Assembly: GCF_009914755.1 (NCBI RefSeq)
Contig: NC_060936.1
Length of the DNA stretch: 64,000 bases
Source: the human T2T-CHM13v2.0 reference genome, Homo sapiens
Reading direction: 5' to 3' (one strand)
Shown here: positions 43,492 through 64,000 of the stretch, piece after piece
Position numbering within the stretch: position 1 is the stretch's first letter
Layout of the letters: each line of letters begins with the position of its first letter
Position numbers and translations under genes: made by a program
Notes under the pieces: model-generated
Told to the model about the DNA's origin: nothing
Seen by the model: the letters and a program-made list of their open reading frames with translations, nothing else
The model's database searches: none

Positions 43492-43811
43492 CACTGATGT
43501 AAGGGGTGGGTTCCTAAGGCCTAAGGCAGCTCCATCCTGTGGCTTTGCAGGGTACAGCCCCCATGGCTGCTTTCAGGGGCTATGTACCTGTGGCTTTTCC
43601 AGGCACATGGTGTGAGCTGTCAGTGGATCTACCTTTCTGGGGTCTGGAAGATGATGGCCCTCTTCTCAGCTGCACTAGGCAATGCCCCAGTGGGGATTTT
43701 GTGTGGGGGCTCCAACCCCACGTTTCCCTTCTGCACTGCCCTAGCAGAGGTTTTCCATGAGGGCTCTGCCCCTGCAGCAGACTTCTGCCTGGACATCCAG
43801 GCATTTTCATA

Positions 43812-44147
43812 TGTATTAGTCCATTTTCATGCTGCTGATAAAGACACTTCTGAGGCTGGGAAGAAAAAAAGATTTAACGGACTTACACTTCCACATGGCT
43901 GAGGATGCTTCACAATCATGGCAGAAAGTGAAAGGCATGTCTCACATGGTGGCAGGTAAGAGAAGAGACCTTGTGTAGGGAAACTCCCCCTTATAGAATC
44001 ATCAGATCTTATGAGACTTATTCACTATCATGAGAACAGCACAGGAAAGACCTGCCCCCATTATTCAATTACCTCACACCAGGTCCCTCCCACAACACGT
44101 GGGAATTCAAGATGAGATTTGGGTGGGGACACAGCCAAACCATATCA
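43812..44147 (-). mobile_element. Solo THE1-type LTR inserted in the MST internal region
   Basis: TGTATTAGTCCATTTTCATGCTGCTGATAAAGAC...GGGGACACAGCCAAACCATATCA; 5-bp TSD TCATA/CCATA. Confidence 0.85.
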
Positions 44148-45779
44148 CCATACATCCTCTAAAACCTAGACAGAGGTTCCCAAACCTCAACTCTTTTCTT
44201 CTGCACACCTGCAGGCCTATCACCACATGGAAGCTGACAATGCTTGTGGCTTGCACCCTCTGAAGCAATGGCCCGAGCTGTACCTTGGCTCCTTTTAGCC
44301 ACAGCTGGAGCTGGAGTGGCTGGGATGCAGGGCACCATGTCTGGGGGCTACACAGAGCAATGGAGCCCTGGATCTGACCCACGAAACCATTTTTCTGTCC
44401 TAGGCCTCTGTGCCTGTGATGGTAGGGGCTGTCATGAAGATTTCTGATGTGCCTTGGAGACATTTTCCCCCATGGTCTTGGCCATTAACACATTTGGCTT
44501 TTTGTTACTTATGCAAATTTCTGCAGCTGGCTTGAATCCCCAGAAAATGGGTTTTTCTTTTCTACCACATGGTCAGGCTGCAAGTTTTCCAAACCTTTAT
44601 GCTCTGCTTCCCTTTTAAACATAAGTCCCAATTTCAAACCATCTCTTTGTGAATGCACATGATAGAATGCTTTCAGAAAAGGCCACTCACCTCTTGAATG
44701 CTTTTTTGCTTAGAATTTTTCTTCTGCCAGATAACCTAAATAATCTCTCTCAAGTTCAAAGTTCCACAGATCTCTAGGGCAGGAGCAAAATGCCACCAGT
44801 CCCTTTGCTAAAGCATAGCAAGAATGACCTTTGCTCCAGGACCAAGTAAATTCCTCATCTCCATCTGAGACCATCTCAGCCTGGACTTCATTATCCATAT
44901 CACTATCAACATTTTGGTCAATACCATTCAACAAGTCTCTAAGAAGTTCCAAGCTTTCCCACATCTTCCTGTCTTCTTCTGAGCCCCCCCTAAACTGTTC
45001 CGACCTCTGCCTGTTATCCAATTCCAAAGTCACATCTACAAGTTTCAGGTTATCTGTATAGCAGTACACCTAGCAGAGGTTCCCCATGAGGGCTCTGCCC
45101 CTGCAGCTGACTTCTGCCTGGACATCCAGGCATTTTCACATGTATTAGTCAGTTTTCATGCTGCTGATAAAGACGTACCTGAGACTGGGAAGAAAAAAAG
45201 ATTTAATGGATTTATAGTTACACCTGGCTGGGGAGGCCTCACAATCATGGCAAAAGTTGAAAGGCATGTCTCACATGGTGGCAAGACAAGAGAAGAGACC
45301 TTGTGTAGGAAAACTCCCCCTTATATAATCATCGGATCTCATGAGAGCTGGTACCAATTCTCTGTATTAGTCTGTTCTCACACTGCTATAAAGATACTAC
45401 CTGAGACTGGGTAATTTATAAAGAAAGGAGGTTTGATAGTTCCACATGGCTGGGAAGCCTCAGGAAACTTACAATCATGGCAGAAGGCAAAGGGGAAGCA
45501 AAGCACATCTTACATGGCAGCAGGAGAGAGAGAGCAGAGTGGGGAGTGTTACTTTTAAACCACTGGATCTTGTGAGAACTCACTATCATGAGAACAGCAT
45601 GGGGGGAACCACCCCCATAATCCAATCACCTCCCACCAGATCCCTCCCTGGGGATTTCAATTCCAGATGAGATTTGGGTGGGGACACAGAGCCAAACCAT
45701 ATCACCCACATACTTCTTTTTTATTGGCTATTTTAAAGCAAATCATAGCTCTCAAGTCATTTTATTCATAAGCACTTCT

Positions 45780-46600
<821 letters not shown>

Positions 46601-46739
46601 GGCTGGGTGCGGTGGTGCACGCCTGTAATCCCAGCAATGAGTGTGAAGTGGCATCTCATTGTCAACACTAAGCTCTGGGTCAAGTGGAAAGTAAAGACCT
46701 TCCCAGGAGGAAAGCAGGAGGGAGAAAGTGCAGAGAATA

Positions 46740-48451
<1,712 letters not shown>

Positions 48452-48505
48452 AGGAAAATGAGGTATCCCTGAATGCACAGAGACACAAGACATTCACAAG
48501 CCCAG

Positions 48506-50282
48506 CAACGTTTTCAAATAATTTATTAGGAATTTAAAACTGAAAATAAAACCTGGAAAAAGAAGTTACAGATGTGGAGAGAAGAGACACCGGAGGATGG
48601 TAACTTGCTGGCTTCGAAACACCATGTAACATCTTAAAAAAAAAAAAAATCCCAAAGCAAATCAGAAAACGGAATTCCAGGGTCCTGAGCCCATGGTTGG
48701 GCCCAGTGGGGTGGAAGGGTCCGGGAATGAGGGAGAGGGAAGCTAAGTGTCTCAGGACTCAGCTCAAACGTGTAGAAAATTAAAAATAAAAACCAATAAA
48801 ATGCAGCTTCTCTTTTATTAGGAAACATTAAAAAAAAAAAAAACCCAAAACACGAACAGCCGCGCATCTCAGTAACAAAGATTATTGCTTTGTGTTCTCA
48901 GGGCTGATAGGTTAAGCACCTCACACAGACAATTAACTCTCCAAAGGTGGGGTTTCCGGGTGGGGGCAATGCTGGGGAAGAGAGCTCAGGCCCTGGGCCT
49001 CATAACTGGGGGAGAGGGACACACAGAAGGGGGATGGCAGTGGGTGGGCCTTGGCCCTGCCACGCCAGCCAGGCCACTGTTCATGAAGGTCCAACGCTCT
49101 GAACCTCTCTTTTTCCTTAGAAGGGGGGTCTGGGGTGAGGGGCTGCCAAGGGACTCTGGCTGTGGGGTCATCCTGGTGGGAAACTTCAGTGAGAGAATGT
49201 GGGGGTTCCCTGAGACGCCCTTTGCTTTCCCCTGGGGTCTGCCCTCGCCAGAGCGTCCCCTGGTGCCCACTCATTGCGGGGGTCGAGGGGGAAGGGGGAC
49301 AGACTGAGCAGAAACCATGAAGCCCCAACCTAGGTAGGGAGCAGGGGAGACCTTTGGAGAGTTAATTCCTGTCCAGCAGTGTCGCTGGGCAAGCCCTGCT
49401 CTTCCCACGCCCTTTGCCCCCACACTGGGTTTTTGGAGTGGGCAGGTCCAACCAAGGCCTTGACCCTGAGGGCCTGAGAGAGCGGGCCTGCCGTGGCCAC
49501 AGCTGAGGCCTGCAAGCTTACAGTAACGGTGTCTGAGGGGACAGAAACAGGGGAGGGGGGAGCCCCTCACCCCCGAGGGGTCTTAGAGAGGGGTGGGCAC
49601 ATCACCTCACAGTATTTACATATGATACAGGACGGGATGGTTCCAGGGGCTCGGCCTGGCCTCCCCGCAGCCCTGCCCTCCTCTCCAGGGCTGGAGGGAG
49701 GCGGCCAGGGGCCCACACCCAGATAGACACTTTGTTCTCAGCTGGTGGGGGGCACCTGGCCCCTTGCCCCCTGCGGCCTGGGGCTTCACATTCACAAACC
49801 TAGAAATAGTTTAAAAAAGGTTTCTTTAAAAAAAAAAAAAAAAAAAAAAAGGGAAAGGGTAAAGGAGGGGAAATCTGAATAAAAAACAGGGGTTGGGCTG
49901 CGGCCTGTAGCAGGCTCCCTCCGCCTTCACTCCAGCTATGCACAAATCCAAAAGCCTTTTGGGGAGGGGGCGGTCCTAGGGGGGCGCGGCACGGAGGGAG
50001 GGATGGACCAGAGGGCTGGGGTGGGCAACCGGCTAATCCAAAATAAATAAAAGCAGGGCCGGGAGAGGGGCGGGTGGGGATGGGGGCAAGGGCGAAGAGG
50101 GGGACGTTAGTAGGGGAGCCAGACGCTGTTGGGGGCAGCAGGGCAGGGGCCGGGCCCGGGGAGTTGGGGGCAGGCAGTAGCGGGTCCGAGTCGCTGCAGG
50201 GGAGGGGGCGGCGGCTGCGGCTGAGGTCTCCCGCCCCCTCGCTGGCTCACTCGTGGTCCTCAGTCAGCTGCAGGCTGGGGCG
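48506..50282 (-). other. MSI1: MSI1 terminal non-coding exon (3'UTR)
   Basis: Acceptor CCATAAC...GGCTGTGTTCCCAG|CGCCCC at 50283/50282; repeat-free ~1.8 kb; AATAAA (minus) at 48522-48527 and 48814-48819. 3' end approximate. Confidence 0.85.
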
Positions 50283-50389
50283 CTGGGAACACAGCCAGGA
50301 GGTTATGGGGGCTCCCGGAGCACACGCAGCCCTCCCCAGTTCTCTCCCAGAAGAGCTTTGTTCGTAAACTACCTACTTTCTTCTTCTTA

Positions 50390-52545
<2,156 letters not shown>

Positions 52546-52767
52546 TTACTGTTGCTTTGATTTCTGTGTTTAAATGGAGTAGGGTGAGCAGCTTTTCATC
52601 TTTATTGACCACAGCTGGTATAAAGATCTGTCTCCCCTGGGACTGTGGTTCTTGAGGGCAGGGATGGGGTCTGTGTCCCAGATTCGATGGCCCAGGACAG
52701 GCTTCCCCAGTGCCACCCCACCACCTGCCCACCCCCACATCCTCACCTCCTGCCACCGTCCCCTGCT

Positions 52768-52809
52768 TCAGTGGTACCCATTGGTGAAGGCTGTGGCAAT
52801 CAAAGGGCC
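52768..52809 (-). CDS. MSI1: MSI1 last coding exon (Musashi-1 C-terminus)
   Basis: TTTTCAG|GGC CCT TTG ATT GCC ACA GCC TTC ACC AAT GGG TAC CAC TGA = GPLIATAFTNGYH*, the conserved Musashi C-terminus; exon continues 21 nt to donor GAG|GTGAGG at 52747/52746. Confidence 0.96.
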   Translation of the reverse strand, partial: GPLIATAFTNGYH

Positions 52810-53311
52810 CTGAAAAGGAAAGAATTTGACTCCTAGATTCCTGGGAAATAGAGGAAGATCAGGGGCTCCTTCTCTCTCTGCAGGACATCTGAAGTGAGGC
52901 GCTGACCTCTCTCTACCTGTCCGGATCGCCCCCCTACTGCAGGTCTGCCTACCCGGATCACCCCCCACTGCAGGTCTGCTCAAAGATTCTCCAACAGAGG
53001 GCCAGGGAATCTGCACAAACCGTACCCTGGATAAAACCAGGGCACCCCTGGAATCAAACCTCCATGTGAGCAGAGATGCCATGTGTCTCATTTGCACCTA
53101 GAGCCCACTATGCCTGGCATTCAGAGGCGATAACTAAGTGCCCACTGAATGAATGATAACCCCCACAACTCTTCCTTAGTGATCTTTCTCCATTCATCCT
53201 CCCTCACCCTCCTTTTGCCCCCAGAGACAAAGAAGTTCTCTCCCTTCCCCAACTTGGGGGTCTCTCAAGGTGTGGGGGGTGAGGTGGGGGCCGCTAGGCC
53301 TGGCCACTCAC

Positions 53312-53499
53312 CCCAAGACTGTGGCCGAAGCCGGTGCTGGGGGCAGGGCTGGCGGCGCTGATGTAACTGCTGACCCCCGAGTCCTGGTTGGCCGCCCCGT
53401 AGAGCTCGGCCATGGGGCCGGGGCTGGTGGTCCCCAGGAAGCCCCCTGTGCGGCTGGGAGTCGAACCTGGAGGGGGAGCCATCGTCCAGGGGTGAGAGC
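53312..53499 (-). CDS. MSI1: MSI1 coding exon
   Basis: TTGCCAG|GC TCT CAC; (G)[62 protein letters not shown]; donor GGG|GTGAGT; 188 nt. Confidence 0.95.
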
Positions 53500-54142
53500 C
53501 TGGCAACCCAGAAAGAAGACGGTGATAGCCCTGGTGCCCTCTGCCACCCCACGGCACCCCCTCAAGCCTGTCCCACCCACCCTAACCTGGACCCCCACAT
53601 TTCAGAAAGTCCTGTGGGCCCACCTCCTGGAGATCTCCCCATGCCCATCCACCCAGTCACCCCTAGCCCTGACCCCCATCATCTCGTCTGACCACTCAGC
53701 AGCCTCACCTCCTGAGCCCCTTCCCAACCTCTCCCCACCTAGCAGCTGAATGCATGTTCTAAACCCTGACCCGCGTCCCTCTGCTACTTGCAATTTCCAC
53801 TGTCTCCCCACCACCCGGGCTCCTCCTGCCTCCGTTCTCCACTCCCCACTTCCGCACTTTCCCCACCCACTGGCCTCCAAGCCTTTGCATATGCTATTCC
53901 CTCAACCAGAAACACTTTTCCTCCTCTTTGCCTTTGAATGCAAAGTTAAGAGGCCCTTCCTCTTGGAAGCCTTCCCTCGCCTTTCCTAGAGGCCCCAGCT
54001 GGGAGCTCCTCTGGTACTGGACTCCCCCTAGTGCAGCAGCATCAGCCATCAGCATTATTGCCTTTTTAATACCTGATGCCACCACCAGGCTGCAAGCCCT
54101 GGAAGGCAGAGACCCTGTCAGTCTTTTTTTTTTTTCTTTTGA

Positions 54143-54490
<348 letters not shown>

Positions 54491-54622
54491 TAATCAGGTG
54501 ATACTTGAGTGAATGAACAAGTGTCCCTCTGCAAAGGGGTGGCAGTGGCCTTCTCCCCTCCCCTGGACTTCTCTGCTCCCTGTGCTCCCTCATCTCTCTT
54601 CCTGCACCTCAGAAGAGCTCAC

Positions 54623-54691
54623 CTGTCCCTCGAACCACAGCCGCTGCCGCCGCTGCCGCCGCCATTGGTCCGTAGGCAGTGAGAGGAATGG
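54623..54691 (-). CDS. MSI1: MSI1 coding exon with polyalanine tract
   Basis: TTTCAG|CC ATT CCT; (A)IPLTAYGPMAAAAAAAAVVRGT; donor G|GTGAGC; 69 nt, phase 1-1; 8 Ala codons. Confidence 0.95.
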
Positions 54692-55744
54692 CTGAAAGGA
54701 AAGGGATGGGCACATCAGCATGGCGGTGAGGGGCAGAGATGGGTGAAGGAGGCCCCTACCTTTTAGGCAGAGCCTGTCCAGCCTGGCCCTACCTCAGAGG
54801 GTTCCATGTAGCCCCAGGGTCAAGGCAGAAAAGGCTACCTTGGGCCACACCATCTGTGTCCTGACCTGTGGCATGGATGGAAAAAGGTGGGAGAGAGGAC
54901 AGCTTCCCAGTGAGTAGCTGAGCCTCAATTTCTCCCCTGGTCTGGGGGGACATGCTTGAATAACCCAAAGCTCATGGAGGGTGGAGGCAGGGCACCCAAC
55001 CCTGAGAAGCTGCGAAGGTTGCCCGCAGCTGCCCCCTTCTCCAGGATGCCCTTGGCAAAACAGGGATCACTTGGCCCAGAGGTGCCTGGGAGCTCACGTC
55101 CTTCTTCGCAGCCCACGACACCTGGCGATAGACAGACATGGGACAGGCCCCCAGGCCTGCTGCCCCCAGGTAGAGCGCTCTAGGGGTCAGGCTGAGGCTG
55201 GGCTCACACCGAGGCCATAGCGTTGCACCGCACCTTCTGCTGCCTGTCCTGCTCCCCTCGCCCCTGTCTCCTGAGAGCACCCTAAGGGCCTCCCTGACCA
55301 CCCAGAAATGACCACTGCCTCCCCCAAATCCCCCCAGCCTCTTTGTCTGCCATCTCCTCTTCAGACACAGGCACCTATCCCCTTGTTTGCTGTCTGCCAT
55401 CATCGCCACCTCTGCAGCACCTAGCACCTTGCCTTGTACACGGCAGGTGCTTAATACCTGCTGAAAGAGTAGAAAGGGAATCTGCTTAAAACACCCAGTG
55501 GCTTGAATGGCTTGAGCCTGGGGCTCCCTGGGGCTGAGAGATGAGCACCTCCTACTGTGAATCTTTCCTAAAAACTTCATACAGTGGGCTCCTTCTCACT
55601 CAGATGCCACCTCCTCTAAGAAGCTTTCCCTGAATACCCCCACTCAGGCGGCCCCTTGTCCCCAACCATAACGCCTTAGCACATTTCCCTGCTTTAATTT
55701 CCTCATGGAACTTCTCACCCTCCAAAAATATCTTTTTTTTTTTA

Positions 55745-59485
<3,741 letters not shown>

Positions 59486-60475
59486 GGGTGTCTCTAAAAG
59501 GCTTACAATTTGACTATTACCAAAAACATCTCCCAGAATCCTCTTCTTCTTGTGTGTGTGTGTGTGTGTTGGGGGAAGGCAGCCTGATGAAAAGCGACGG
59601 CCCTAGAATAGGTAGAATAGGTCAGGCTTGGGTTCAAGTCCCAGCTCTGCCACTTCCTAGTTGGCTCATCTTAGCTTTGTCATTCTTCCTCTGAGCCTAT
59701 GTCCTCATCTCTAAAATGAGGATAAGCATCCTTCCCCCATGAGATTATTGAGAGAATTAGGCAACGTCCCGTACACAAAGTTCTCCAAGCTGAACAGCCC
59801 TGAGGCAGAGGATGTAAGTGCTTAGGGGCCCTCCAAATAAATAAGACCCCCAAGTAAATAAATAAATAAATGGCCTTGCAAAAGTTTGTATTTCTTATTT
59901 CAAAGAAAACTGCATTGAATAGTCATCATGGGAAGTCCAGAACTGGGCTTCCTGACATTTACTTTCAGGTCTAGTGTTATCTTTATGTTGGCTTACAAAT
60001 GAGCGTGGTAATGATAATGCTTTTCAACTGGTTTTCAGCATTTAGGGTCTCAGCATAATACCTTGTCTGGACTTGAAAGAGCTCAGCCTAGAGCCTGGCC
60101 ATTATAGGTGTCTGTGATGATGCAACCAACAATGGCCCTCGGAGAGGCCCCCACTACAAGCCCAATGCCCTCTCTGGTGGAAGTGGCAACCCTGGAGTCG
60201 GGTGGGGAGGAGAGACAGGCAGGAGGCAGGCAGAGGATGGCCTGGGAGAAAACGGTGCCATGCAGGGCCACGCTGGGAGCCCCTGTCCCCAGCTTCTGGG
60301 GAGGGGTTTGGGGGGGATGGGTGGGGAGAGGCCCTCTTTCCTCAGACATGCCCTTCCTTCCAAGCCTCCAGCAAGCAGACCCCCAGCCATGCACCCCTAG
60401 ACACCACCCTGAGAAGTCAGACTGCCCGGGAACCAGGGGCATGCTGGCAGCAGAGGGATACTGAGCAGGACTTAC

Positions 60476-60556
60476 CGGGGAACTGGTAGGTGTAGCCAGG
60501 GGCGAGGCCTGTATAACTCCGGCTGGCGTAGGTTGTGGCTTGGAAACCTGGGTAAC
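60476..60556 (-). CDS. MSI1: MSI1 81-nt coding exon (upstream RRM exons lie beyond the window)
   Basis: CCATCAG|GT TAC CCA; (G)YPGFQATTYASRSYTGLAPGYTYQFP; donor G|GTAAGT; phase 1-1. Confidence 0.95.
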
Positions 60557-60659
60557 CTGATGGGGCAAGGAGGCAGTGTCAGATGGCTCATCCACAGGGC
60601 GGATCCTGATCATGGAGAAGGACCTGAGCCACTCATGTCCCCTCACCTTCCTTTATCAT

Positions 60660-63850
<3,191 letters not shown>

Positions 63851-64000
63851 ATGGTTGGACCTTTCTGCTGGCTACCACCAGAGGGCAGCACCCCCCAACC
63901 AAACCACCCCACCTTGGGTAGGACTGCCAGACCCGACAGATCCCTTGTCCCCACTCCTGCTCAATGACTCAGACAGGAGGAGGGCAGACCACAGGGGAGG

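Larger units (their letters stand above)
41997..45704 (-). mobile_element. MST(A)-type MaLR element: truncated LTR, internal region and full LTR, with nested insertions
   Basis: LTR ends ...AAACCATATCA at 42120 and 45704; full LTR 45363-45704 starts TGTATTAG on plus; typical MaLR internal sequence between. Confidence 0.85.

Noticed and set aside
44710-45069. 119-aa acidic ORF on the minus strand
   Set aside because: Remnant of the MaLR internal reading frame, truncated and lacking an ATG start.

Overview
Human (primate) genomic DNA, about half Alu, matching the chr12q24.2-q24.3 RNU4-1 / SIRT4 / PLA2G1B / MSI1 interval. Left to right: (1) a complete U4 snRNA gene (minus, 271-414, RNU4-1-type bases) with PSE, SPH+octamer DSE and 3' box, carrying a non-canonical C at n.29 in the kink-turn loop. 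(2) The complete SIRT4 gene (plus; non-coding exon 1 and three coding exons, 314 aa), with an antisense U6 retrocopy at its 3' end. (3) An orphan CpG-rich, motif-dense promoter-like element near 24.5-25.1 kb, between two converging gene ends. (4) The complete PLA2G1B gene (minus; 4 exons, 148 aa). (5) A nested MaLR/ERV block (MST provirus, LTR13, THE1 LTR, and a junction-spanning duplication). (6) The 3' part of MSI1 (minus; five coding exons plus the 3'UTR exon). Nearly all other ORFs in the supplied track are Alu-derived. I see no new multi-gene system. The best leads are the orphan promoter, the possible U6-retrocopy origin of the SIRT4 poly(A) signal, the U4 n.29 variant, a stop-free circular ORF for SIRT4 exon 2, and candidate MSI1 splice events (a 24-nt microexon and a 33-nt alternative acceptor). 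Gene and repeat-family names come from recognition and memory, not from database searches.
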